A stretch of DNA of 64,000 bases from Pseudomonadota bacterium (GTDB lineage Bacteria > Pseudomonadota > Alphaproteobacteria > SHVZ01). A program made the translations under genes and the position numbers. This document shows, piece by piece, positions 1 to 9,046 of this stretch; the stretch's first letter is position 1; every line of letters starts with the position of its first letter. The stretch is taken from contig JACQAG010000022.1 in the NCBI GenBank assembly GCA_016195085.1, positions 10,700 to 74,699 on the forward strand, written 5' to 3'. The notes beneath the pieces are model-generated. The model searched no databases. It had not been told where the DNA came from and saw only the letters and a program-made list of their open reading frames with translations.

Positions 1-420
1 AATTTAAGTTGGGCCGTTAGGCAGGTGCGTCGGATCCCTCCGAGGCTTCAGCGCTTCTCGTACGCGACGTAGAGTTTTTTCACCTTATGAGTTCGACCGT
101 GGGTTTTTTTGCAGTATATGCGTGGCGACTTTTCACATTATCAGTCCGTGGAGCGACGAATCCCGCCAGTTTTGGATGATCGCTTTTCAATTAACGTGTC
201 GTCCTACATTCAGGCAAGCATTCCTTTCCCGGGACTCCATCCTGGTCTGGGTGATAACGACCTATTACAGCCGCCGTTGTCGCTATGGCGCATTGCGGCA
301 CGCCGCCGCCTATTCGCATCTCGAGTGGTTGGAGTTTCGGCAGCCGCGCCAGGCCGAACGATTTCTCCAGGAGCTGCGAACCATCCCGTACACAGAGACT
401 CGGTTGCCGCGGTGAGAGAT

Positions 421-440
421 TTCCGGTAATATATCCGGAA
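421..440. promoter_or_regulatory. Near-palindrome TTCCGGTAATATATCCGGAA directly upstream of the vapB SD (AGGAG at 443-447); candidate autoregulatory operator
   Basis: Inverted outer arms TTCCGG/CCGGAA around an AT-rich core, 14 nt before the vapB ATG. Confidence 0.35.
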
Positions 441-453
441 ACAGGAGCCGATC

Positions 454-738
454 ATGGCGGATGCGAGAAAGAACGCGATCACGAGCTACCGTCGGCGCAT
501 GCGGCGGAGGGGCCTAGTTCGCCTCGAAGTACAGGTGTCGAGGGAGGATGTACTGCTCATCCGCAGCGTTGCCGGCGCGCTCGCCGACCCGGCACATGCC
601 GAGGAGACCCGCGCGCTGCTGCGCGAACGGCTTGTTCGGCGCGGCGGCAAGGGGCTGAAGGCGCTGTTGGCCGCGGCACCTTTGGACGGCATCGATCTCG
701 AACGGGCCCGTGATCGGGGGCGGGCCATCCGGTTATGA
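454..738 (+). CDS. vapB: Ribbon-helix-helix VapB/FitA-like antitoxin
   Basis: 94 aa, Arg-rich N-terminus; 4-bp overlap with downstream PIN-domain gene; good SD. Confidence 0.6.
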   Translation: MADARKNAITSYRRRMRRRGLVRLEVQVSREDVLLIRSVAGALADPAHAEETRALLRERLVRRGGKGLKALLAAAPLDGIDLERARDRGRAIRL

Positions 739-1163
739 GCTTTCTGATCGACACCAACATCATCTCGGAGGTTCGCAAGCAAGCGCGCTGCAACCAAAAC
801 GTCGCCCTCTGGTATGGCTCGATCGACGATGGCGAGCTGTATCTGAGCGGGCTGGTGCTGGGTGAGATCCGAAAAGGAATCGAGCTTGCGCGCGGGCGCG
901 ATCCCGAAAAAGCCGCGGCACTGGAAGAGTGGTTGACCGAAGTCGACGTCGCGTTCGGCGAACGTGTTCTGGCGATCGATCGCAGGGTGATGGACGAATG
1001 GGGGCGCATGAGCGCTCGAAGCCCAATCCCGGTGATCGATGGCATGCTTGCTGCGACCGCCAAGGTGCATGACCTGACCTTGGTCACGCGCAACGATGGC
1101 GACGTGTCGGGGCTGGGTGCCAAGGTGCTCAACCCGTTCGAGGCTGTCGCAAGAGACGATTGA
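735..1163 (+). CDS. vapC: PIN-domain ribonuclease toxin VapC/FitB-like
   Basis: MSFLIDTNIISE... start typical of PIN; acidic residues (D6, E, D, D near C-terminus TRNDGD); overlaps antitoxin stop (ATGA). Confidence 0.75.
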   Translation: MSFLIDTNIISEVRKQARCNQNVALWYGSIDDGELYLSGLVLGEIRKGIELARGRDPEKAAALEEWLTEVDVAFGERVLAIDRRVMDEWGRMSARSPIPVIDGMLAATAKVHDLTLVTRNDGDVSGLGAKVLNPFEAVARDD

Positions 1164-1171
1164 CCCGGCGC

Positions 1172-1948
<777 letters not shown>

Positions 1949-1962
1949 GGCTGGCGACGGAC

Positions 1963-2595
1963 TCAGCGGCTCAAGCGCTCGCGGCGCAGGCGCTCGCGGT
2001 TCATCATCAGCCATTGCAGGCTCATGATGGTGATCGCGTTTTCGATCCTGCCGGCCTGGAGCCGCTCGATCGCTTCGGCGTAGTCGAGGACGACGACGCG
2101 GATGTCCTCATGCTCATGGGCGACACCCGCGAGCCCGCCGGAATGGGTGGTGTCGACCAGTGCGGCGAACAGCCAGACCACTTCCGAGGATCCGCCGGGG
2201 CTCGGCATGAACTCATAGAGCGGGATCAGCGCCTCGACGGCGCAGCCGGTCTCCTCCACGCTCTCGCGGCGGGCGACCGCGTCCGGGGCCTCGTCCTTGC
2301 CGATGATGCCGGCGGGCACTTCGATGGTCCAAGGATGGAGTCCGGCGACGAGGGCGGCGGTGCGAAACTGCTCGACCAGCACGACGCGGTCGAGGACCGG
2401 GTCATAGGGCAGCACGCCCGCGGCATGGCCGCGCTGAAAGATCTCGCGCTCGATCTCCTGGCTCCAGCCGCCGGCGAAGAGCCGGTGGCGCAAATGGAAG
2501 CGGTCGACCCGGAAAAACCCCTTGAACACCGTCTCCTTGGATAGGATCGCGTAGCCGGCCGTTTCGGCTTCCGGGGACGGGACATAGGCAACCAT
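1963..2595 (-). CDS. nudF: NUDIX hydrolase, ADP-ribose pyrophosphatase (NudF-like)
   Basis: Nudix box GIIGKDEAPDAVARRESVEETGC; ATG at 2593-2595 (MVAYVPSPE); the longer ORF-track entry reads through the upstream repeat. Confidence 0.75.
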   Translation of the reverse strand: MVAYVPSPEAETAGYAILSKETVFKGFFRVDRFHLRHRLFAGGWSQEIEREIFQRGHAAGVLPYDPVLDRVVLVEQFRTAALVAGLHPWTIEVPAGIIGKDEAPDAVARRESVEETGCAVEALIPLYEFMPSPGGSSEVVWLFAALVDTTHSGGLAGVAHEHEDIRVVVLDYAEAIERLQAGRIENAITIMSLQWLMMNRERLRRERLSR

Positions 2596-2624
2596 CGCTA
2601 GCGGCCGCGTTCGAACGATCGAGT

Positions 2625-2800
2625 GCCCCCACCCGTCGGCGACGGCCGCGCCGGTTCCTCCCGGCGCGGCGTTGGGGATGGGAGGACCCGTCCCCAACCG
2701 TCCCGACCCTCCCCCACGCTCACGCATGGGGGAGGGAGCGGGAGGTCCATCTCGGCTCCCTCCCTCGCCGTCTTCGGCGGGGGAGGGGTGGGGTGGGGGC
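2625..2800. repeat. GC-rich structured palindromic intergenic repeat (subtype 1: CCCCCACCC / GGGGTGGGGG with CCCTCCC / GGGAGGG hairpins)
   Basis: Nested inverted repeats; same family seen at nine other loci in this window. Confidence 0.8.
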
Positions 2801-2825
2801 AATGCGTCATCCGTGATGCTCGTGG

Positions 2826-3377
2826 TTAGCGCACGCGGCGGGTGAAGAAGCGCAAATTCGGCCCGGCCATGCGGTAGAACACCTTGTCGGCCCGCTGCAC
2901 CGGTCCCAGCCGGTCGTAGAAGCGTCGCGCGCGATCGTTCCAGGGATCGGCCGTCCAGTCGATCTGATCGACGCCGCGCTCGCCGGCAAGCTTGGCCAGC
3001 GCATCCATCATCTGCCGTCCCACGCCCTCGCCGCGCCAGCGCTCGGAGACGAATATGTCCTGGATGAAGAAGGTGCCCTGGCAGACCGCAACCGAATACA
3101 CCTGCACGAAGGCCAAGAGGCCGACGGCGATGCCGTCGCGGTCGGCGAGCAGGACCTCGATGCCGGGAGCCGGCGGGCCGGAGCCGTTGGCGGGGCTGAA
3201 GACATTGCTGCGGATGGACTCGGCCATGACCCATCGCGGCGCCGGCGCTTGGATGCCGTAGAAGGCCAAGAGCTCCCGGCTGAGATTTGCGATCGCATCG
3301 GCGTCCGCCGCCGTCGCCAGGCGAATGCCAAGCGTTGACATGCTCCCACAATCGACGAATGCCGCCATATCGGTCAA
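2826..3377 (-). CDS. GNAT family N-acetyltransferase
   Basis: Motif A RWRGEGVGRQMMDALAKLA; true start may be the internal Met at about 3341 (MSTLGIRLATAAD). Confidence 0.7.
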   Translation of the reverse strand: MTDMAAFVDCGSMSTLGIRLATAADADAIANLSRELLAFYGIQAPAPRWVMAESIRSNVFSPANGSGPPAPGIEVLLADRDGIAVGLLAFVQVYSVAVCQGTFFIQDIFVSERWRGEGVGRQMMDALAKLAGERGVDQIDWTADPWNDRARRFYDRLGPVQRADKVFYRMAGPNLRFFTRRVR

Positions 3378-3550
3378 GCACTTGGCCTGTCCCGTGGGTT
3401 TCGGCTAGCGTGATGATTCCGAAGTTCGTCGGCGAACTTCGGAATCTGAATCACGCTAGATTCAATAGAGTAGTGGCCCGCTTATCCCTGAAATTCGCTG
3501 ACGAATTTCAGGAGCGGGACACTAGCGTCGCGGGGGAAAGGGGAGGCCGG

Positions 3551-4081
3551 GTGAAGGTCCTGCACCTGCTGAGACACGCCAAATCGAGCTGGGAGGAGGC
3601 TGGGATCGAGGATCACGACCGCCCGTTGGCGGAGCGCGGCCGCAACGCCGCTGAGGCGATGGGCCGCTATCTCGCCACCGCCGGGATCGATCCGGGACTG
3701 GTGCTCGTGTCCTCCGCCCTGAGAACCCGCGCCACCTTCGAGCTGGCGGCCGAGGAGCTCGCCGAACGGCCAAAAAACCGGGTTCTGCGCGACCTCTATC
3801 TCGCCAGCAGCGCCGAGCTCCAGGCCCGCATCCGGGCGCTCGACGACGCTCTGGGCTCGGTCATGCTCATCGGCCACAACCCCGGCATGCACGATCTCGC
3901 CCGCAGCCTCGCTGGTTCGGGTGATGCCGAGAGCCTGAAGCGGCTCAACCAGAAATACCCGACCGGAGCCCTTGCCAGCCTCGAATTCCCGGTCGCGCGC
4001 TGGCGCCAGGTGAAGTCCGGAGGCGGCCGGCTCGCGCGCTTCGTTTTGCCGAAAGAACTGATGCCAACGAAGCCCCCTTAG
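3551..4081 (+). CDS. sixA: Histidine phosphatase family protein (SixA-like phosphohistidine phosphatase)
   Basis: RHAKS catalytic motif (LLRHAKSSWEE), later GHNPG; GTG start at 3551 inferred, upstream ATG possible. Confidence 0.6.
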   Translation: MKVLHLLRHAKSSWEEAGIEDHDRPLAERGRNAAEAMGRYLATAGIDPGLVLVSSALRTRATFELAAEELAERPKNRVLRDLYLASSAELQARIRALDDALGSVMLIGHNPGMHDLARSLAGSGDAESLKRLNQKYPTGALASLEFPVARWRQVKSGGGRLARFVLPKELMPTKPP

Positions 4082-4158
4082 ATCTGTTTGGAATCGTTCA
4101 AGACTGTCACATAAATCCGGTTGACCACACCTTCTGTGCCCGGCTTAGCTGGCGGCGC

Positions 4159-5772
4159 ATGAGTTCACCCGTGCGCTCCCCTGCAGACGTCGAAGCAGGC
4201 CCCGCTTCGCCTCTCGCCGCCGAGCAGCCACGCGAGGTCGAGCTCAAATTGGCGGTGCCGCTGGAGCATGTCGAGGAGCTCATGCGCCACCCCTTGCTGA
4301 AGCGCAGCTTGGCGCCCGCCCGCAGCGAGCAGCTGTCCAGCGTCTATTTCGATACCCCCGATCTCCGCCTGGCGAAGGACGACGTGACCTTGCGCGTGCG
4401 CCGGCACGGGCGCCGCCACATCCAGACGGTCAAGCTCGGTCCGATGCGGCAAGCCGGCCTGTTTTCCCGCGCCGAATGGGAAGAGCCGGTGCCTACCTCC
4501 AAGCCCGACCCGGCCAGGATCGGCAATCGCAAGCTGCGCCAGCGCATCGATCGGGTCCGCCTCAAGCGCGGGCTGAAGCCGATTTTCGGCACCGAATTCA
4601 AGCGGACGAATTGGCTCCTCAAGGGCCATCGCGGCGGCAAGGTCGCGGTCGGGCTCGACGTCGGCGAGATCAAGACGAGAGAAGGCAGCCGGTCGATCTG
4701 CGAGCTCGAGCTCGAGCTCAAGTCGGGCAAGCCCGGGGAGCTCTTCGAGGTGGCCGAAGCGCTCGCCCGCGACATGCCGCTTCGCCTCGAGTTCGAAAGC
4801 AAGGCCTCCCGCGGCTTCGCCCTCTACCAGGGCGAGGCAAGCCGGCCGGTGAAGGCCTGCGAGGTCGCCTTGGGCGATGTCGACACCACCTTCGCCATGG
4901 CCAAGCGCACCTTCGCCGCCTGCTTCGATCAGCTCGCGGCCAACTGGGGGCCGGCGGTCGACGGCTCCGACCCAGAGGGCGTGCATCAGCTCCGCGTCGC
5001 CATCCGCCGGTTCCGCTCCGCCTTGGGCTTGTTCAGGGAGCTGCTCGATGCCGACGGGCATGCGAAGCTCCGCCTCGAGCTGGGCTGGCTCGCCCAGGAG
5101 CTGGCGCCGGCGCGCGCTTGGGATGTGTTCCTGGCCGAGCTCTTGCCTTCGGGTGCCGGTGCCTTGCCGGTGCCCGCCGTGCGCAAGACGATCGTTCGCC
5201 TCGCCCGCCGGGTCCGCAAGGAGAGCTATGAGCGGGCACGGGCGGCACTCGCCTCCAAACGGGGCGCCGATCTCCTGCTGGCGCTTCGCATCTGGGTGGA
5301 CGAGCCCCGTTGGCGCCCGGCTGGCGAAGAAGCGCATGCCGGCCCGCCGTCCGCGGCGGAGGCGATGTCGGCCAGGGACTTCGCCCGCCACATGCTGCAC
5401 CGGCGGCACAAGCGGGTCCGCCGCTTCGCCCGCAACGCCGCCGAGCTCTCTCCGGAAGCCCTCCATGCGCTTCGCATCCAGGTGAAGAAGCTGCGCTACG
5501 CGGCCGAGTTCGTGAGCGGGCTGTTCCCGCGCCGGCGGGTCAAGTCCTATCTTCGCGATCTCGCCCGGCTGCAGCAGGATCTGGGTGCCATAAATGACGC
5601 GGTGACCTTGCCGCCGCTCGCCGGCCAGCTCCTGGAGCGCGATCGCGACGCGCGGCTGGCGCAGGCGGTGGGCGCGCTCATCGGCTGGCATGCCAGCCGC
5701 GCGGTCTCGGCGCGCACGCATCTGGGCCCGCTGCTCGAGGAGTTCGCCGACGCCCGCAAGTTTTGGAGCTGA
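4159..5772 (+). CDS. CYTH domain plus CHAD domain protein (triphosphate tunnel metalloenzyme, inorganic triphosphatase-like)
   Basis: N-terminal EVELKLAV...YFDTPDLRL...RVRR CYTH signature; C-terminal His/Arg-rich helical CHAD region (HQLRVAIRRFRSAL, HALRIQVKKLRYAAEF). Confidence 0.75.
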   Translation: MSSPVRSPADVEAGPASPLAAEQPREVELKLAVPLEHVEELMRHPLLKRSLAPARSEQLSSVYFDTPDLRLAKDDVTLRVRRHGRRHIQTVKLGPMRQAGLFSRAEWEEPVPTSKPDPARIGNRKLRQRIDRVRLKRGLKPIFGTEFKRTNWLLKGHRGGKVAVGLDVGEIKTREGSRSICELELELKSGKPGELFEVAEALARDMPLRLEFESKASRGFALYQGEASRPVKACEVALGDVDTTFAMAKRTFAACFDQLAANWGPAVDGSDPEGVHQLRVAIRRFRSALGLFRELLDADGHAKLRLELGWLAQELAPARAWDVFLAELLPSGAGALPVPAVRKTIVRLARRVRKESYERARAALASKRGADLLLALRIWVDEPRWRPAGEEAHAGPPSAAEAMSARDFARHMLHRRHKRVRRFARNAAELSPEALHALRIQVKKLRYAAEFVSGLFPRRRVKSYLRDLARLQQDLGAINDAVTLPPLAGQLLERDRDARLAQAVGALIGWHASRAVSARTHLGPLLEEFADARKFWS

Positions 5773-5807
5773 CCTCTCCTCGAAGTAGAACTGCGGCGCG
5801 CCTGTCG

Positions 5808-5995
5808 GCCCCTCTCCCGCCTGGGGGTGGACTGTGGGAGGGGGTGAGGATCACCCCCTCCCCAACCCTCCCCGGGGCGGGAGAGGGCTGGGGTGAGGGT
5901 CGGACGGGAAGCGTCGATGACCTTCGCCGAAATTCTTGCGACCCTCACCCGCCTCGCTCGCGCTCGGCACCCTCTCCCGCGGTGCGGGAGAGGGG
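5808..5995. repeat. GC-rich structured palindromic repeat, composite (subtype 2 with CCCTCACCC / GGGTGAGGG and CCCTCTCCCGC / GCGGGAGAGGG)
   Basis: Nested inverted repeats between convergent CYTH-CHAD and SDR genes. Confidence 0.8.
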
Positions 5996-6014
5996 CATTC
6001 GGCAAATTCTGCGT

Positions 6015-6821
6015 CTAACCGACTGTGTCGCGGGCGACCTTGGCGGCGATGGTGAGGCCGCCGTCGATGACGATGGTGGCGCCGGTCACGTAGCGGCTGG
6101 CGTCGCTGGCGAGGTAGACGGCGATCCCCGAGAAGTCCGCGGGCACGCCCCAGCGCCTGATGGCAAGCCGCGGCATGTGCTCGTTCGTGAACTCTTCGCT
6201 GTTGATGCGCTCCGTGGTGAGCGGCGTCTCGATATAGCCGGGCACCACCGTGTTGGCGCGGATCGCGTGCTGGCCCAGCTCGACGGCGAGGCTCCGCATC
6301 ATCGACTCCACACCCGCCTTGGCGGCGGCATAGTGCTCGACCAGGGGCTGGCCCATGATGGCGAAGGCGCTGCCGGTCGCCACCAGCGATCCGCCTTGCT
6401 TCCGCCCTACCATCGCCCGGGCGGCGGCCTTGAGGGTATAGAAGACGCCATCCAGATTGACGTCGAGCACGCGGCGCCATTCCGCCTGGGTCATCTCGAT
6501 GAAGCTCCGATGCGGGCCGGCGCGGCCGCTGACGCCGGCATTGGCGAAGCACGCATCGAGGCCGCCCAAAGCCGCAAGCGTGCTCTCCATCGCCCGCTCG
6601 ACCTCCGCCTCGCGGCTCACATCCAAGAGCTCCGCGTGCACCTTGCGGCCATGGCGGGAGAGCTGCCGGGCCGCGGCTTCGTTGCGATCCTTCCGCATGC
6701 CCCAGATCGCCACATCGGCCCCGGCTTCGGCCAGCCCCTCGGCCATGCCGAGGCCGATCCCGCTGTTGCCGCCGGTGACGAGCGCCGCCCGGCCCCGCAA
6801 ATCGAACATTTTCGCCGTCAT
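6015..6821 (-). CDS. SDR family oxidoreductase (KduD/FabG-like)
   Basis: TGGNSGIGLG Rossmann motif; YxxxK active-site region (YAAAKAG). Confidence 0.8.
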   Translation of the reverse strand: MTAKMFDLRGRAALVTGGNSGIGLGMAEGLAEAGADVAIWGMRKDRNEAAARQLSRHGRKVHAELLDVSREAEVERAMESTLAALGGLDACFANAGVSGRAGPHRSFIEMTQAEWRRVLDVNLDGVFYTLKAAARAMVGRKQGGSLVATGSAFAIMGQPLVEHYAAAKAGVESMMRSLAVELGQHAIRANTVVPGYIETPLTTERINSEEFTNEHMPRLAIRRWGVPADFSGIAVYLASDASRYVTGATIVIDGGLTIAAKVARDTVG

Positions 6822-6863
6822 GCCTGCCCCCGGATGCGGATTTTCGCTATAATGGCATGATCG

Positions 6864-7166
6864 GTGACGGCTCCTAAGAGCCTAGCGGGAGAACCGGCTT
6901 TGAATACCGAGCAGGCCCTCGATGTGCTGCACGAGGCGTTGCTGGTGACCTTGATCATCTCGGCGCCGATGATGCTCATCGGCATGATCGTCGGTACCGT
7001 CATTTCTCTCATCCAGGCGATGACCCAGATCCAGGAAACCAGCCTCGCCTTCATCCCGAAGATGCTGGCGCTGTTCATCGCGCTCTCGCTGTTTCTGCCG
7101 TTCATGCTGGGCGAGCTCGCCAAGTTCACCGAAAACATCATGGACCGCATCGTCAGCATCAGTTGA
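6864..7166 (+). CDS. fliQ: Flagellar biosynthetic protein FliQ (type III export apparatus)
   Basis: Two-TM 88-aa core, same layout as FliQ; start is GTG at 6864 or TTG at 6900 with a GGGAGA SD. Confidence 0.8.
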   Translation: MTAPKSLAGEPALNTEQALDVLHEALLVTLIISAPMMLIGMIVGTVISLIQAMTQIQETSLAFIPKMLALFIALSLFLPFMLGELAKFTENIMDRIVSIS

Positions 7167-7191
7167 CGGCGGCGCGAGGGATCCCTAGTCG

Positions 7192-7971
7192 ATGCCGTTC
7201 GGCGTGCCGCTCCAGCAGTTCGTGCCCGGCGAGATCTTCGCCTTCATCGTGGTCTTCGCGCGGCTGGGCTCGACCTTCACCTTGCTTCCGGGCTTCGGGG
7301 AGTCCTTCATCCCCGGCAGGGTCCGGCTCGGCATCGCTCTTGCGGTCACCTTCGTCGTGACACCCTTGGTGCGGCCGATCCTGCCGCCCTTGCCCGACGA
7401 CATGGTACGCTTGCTCTCGATCCTGTTCACCGAGGTGATCACCGGCATGTTCATCGGCGTCGTCACCCGGCTTCTGATCACCACGCTTGACACCGCGGGG
7501 ACATTCATCTCCTTCCAGACCGGGCTGTCCGCCGCGCAGGCCTTCAACCCGGCCCTGTCCCAGTCGGGCACCATCGTCGGCGCGTTCCTGGCGCTCGCCG
7601 GGGTGGTGGCGCTCTTCGCCACCGACATGCATTATCTCGTGCTGCGCGCGCTCGTCGACAGCTACACGCTGTTTCGCCCGGGCTCGCCGCCGATGTTCGG
7701 CGACATGGCCTTCATGTTCGCCCAGCTCGTCAGCCAGAGCTTCAAGATGGCCCTCCAGATCGCGATGCCCTTCGTCGTCCTCGGGCTCTTGTTCAATGTG
7801 GTGCTCGGGCTTATCTCCAGGCTGATGCCGCAGATCCAGATCTTCTTCGTCGGCATCCCGGTGCAGCTCTTGGGCGGAGTCCTGATCCTCGGCCTCACCA
7901 GCTCGGCCGTGGTCACGTTCTTCCTGGCGAACTTTCAAGATACGCTGCAAGCGTATCTCACTCCGAGGTAA
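7192..7971 (+). CDS. fliR: Flagellar biosynthetic protein FliR
   Basis: 259-aa polytopic membrane protein directly after fliQ, FliR-like N-terminus MPFGVPLQQFVPGEIFAFIVVFARLG. Confidence 0.8.
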   Translation: MPFGVPLQQFVPGEIFAFIVVFARLGSTFTLLPGFGESFIPGRVRLGIALAVTFVVTPLVRPILPPLPDDMVRLLSILFTEVITGMFIGVVTRLLITTLDTAGTFISFQTGLSAAQAFNPALSQSGTIVGAFLALAGVVALFATDMHYLVLRALVDSYTLFRPGSPPMFGDMAFMFAQLVSQSFKMALQIAMPFVVLGLLFNVVLGLISRLMPQIQIFFVGIPVQLLGGVLILGLTSSAVVTFFLANFQDTLQAYLTPR

Positions 7972-7975
7972 GCCC

Positions 7976-9046
7976 TTGTCCGAAGACGACTCAGGCAAAA
8001 CCGAAGAACCGAGCGGCAAAAAGCTCGGCGAAGCGCGCTCGCGCGGCCAGACCTGGGCCTCGCGCGAGGTCGGCAGCTGGGCGATGCTGAGCGTGCTGCT
8101 GGCGATGGTGTATTTCCTGCTGCCGCGCATGGTGCGCGACGTCGGCTCGGTGGCGCTTCCCTTCATCGAGAAGCCGGACCAGATCTCGCTCGATCAGGGC
8201 AATCTCGGCAATGTCCTGACCGAGACGATGCTCGCCCTGGTGCCGCCGCTGACCATTCCTCTCATCCTGGTCCTGATCGCCTCGATCGCGCCATCCATCG
8301 CGCAGAGCGGCTTCATCTTCACCACCCATAACTTGAAGCCGAGCTTCAGCAAGCTGTCGCTGGCCGGCGGCCTCCAGCGCCTGGTCTCGGTGCAGGCGAT
8401 GCTCGACATGGCGAAGAACATCGGCAAGATGCTGATCGTCGGCTCCGTCGCCGGCTTCATCGCCTTTCCGGAGCTGAGCCATATCGAGTCCCTGGTAACG
8501 GCGGAGATCGTCGACGCCGCGCAGGAGATGCAATCGATCGTCGTCGATATTCTGGGAGGCACGCTGGTGGTGCTCGCCATAATGGCGGTGGGCGACGTCT
8601 TCTACCAGCGCCACAAGTTCTACAAGCAGCTGCGCATGACCAAGCAGGAGGTCAAGGACGAGTTCAAGCAGGCCGAAGGCGATCCCACGGTCAAAGGCCG
8701 CTTGCGGCAGATCCGCTTCGACCGTGCCCGCGCGCGCATGATGCAAGCCGTGCCCAAGGCCGACGTGGTGATCACCAACCCAACCCATTATGCGGTGGCA
8801 CTCGAATACAAGCCGGACAAGATGGACGCCCCGAAGCTGACGGCGAAGGGTGCCGACCTGATCGCCAAGCGCATTCGCGAGGTCGCCGAGGAGAACGGCG
8901 TGCCGGTCGTGGAGAACCCGCCGATCGCGCGCGCCCTCTATGCGAGCGTCGAGATCGACCAGGAAATTCCCCCCGAGCACTACAAGGCGGTGGCCGAGAT
9001 CATCTCCTATGTCTACAAGCTCAAGCGCAAGACCGTCCCGGCTTAA
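7976..9046 (+). CDS. flhB: Flagellar biosynthetic protein FlhB
   Basis: N-terminal EKTE(E)PS..KKL motif, four TM segments, NPTH autocleavage site (VVITNPTHYAVALEY). Confidence 0.85.
   Translation: MSEDDSGKTEEPSGKKLGEARSRGQTWASREVGSWAMLSVLLAMVYFLLPRMVRDVGSVALPFIEKPDQISLDQGNLGNVLTETMLALVPPLTIPLILVLIASIAPSIAQSGFIFTTHNLKPSFSKLSLAGGLQRLVSVQAMLDMAKNIGKMLIVGSVAGFIAFPELSHIESLVTAEIVDAAQEMQSIVVDILGGTLVVLAIMAVGDVFYQRHKFYKQLRMTKQEVKDEFKQAEGDPTVKGRLRQIRFDRARARMMQAVPKADVVITNPTHYAVALEYKPDKMDAPKLTAKGADLIAKRIREVAEENGVPVVENPPIARALYASVEIDQEIPPEHYKAVAEIISYVYKLKRKTVPA

Noticed and set aside
109-429. 106-aa and 97-aa ORFs in the AT-rich first 450 bp
   Set aside because: No recognisable motif or start context. 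Kept only as context for the low-GC patch.
1963-3381. 472-aa minus-strand ORF treated as one gene
   Set aside because: It is the NUDIX gene (1963..2595) plus read-through across the structured repeat into the GNAT frame region. The N-terminal 260 aa are Arg/Gly/Pro-rich noise.
4165-5721. 518-aa ORF on the minus strand
   Set aside because: Antisense to the CYTH-CHAD gene, which has recognisable motifs. Arg/Gly/Ala-rich composition is typical of spurious antisense ORFs in high-GC DNA.
8940-9008. Upstream start for the hybrid kinase at 8940
   Set aside because: It would overlap flhB by more than 100 nt and encodes a non-hydrophobic Arg/Ser-rich leader. The ATG at 9009 gives a sensible TM1 start.
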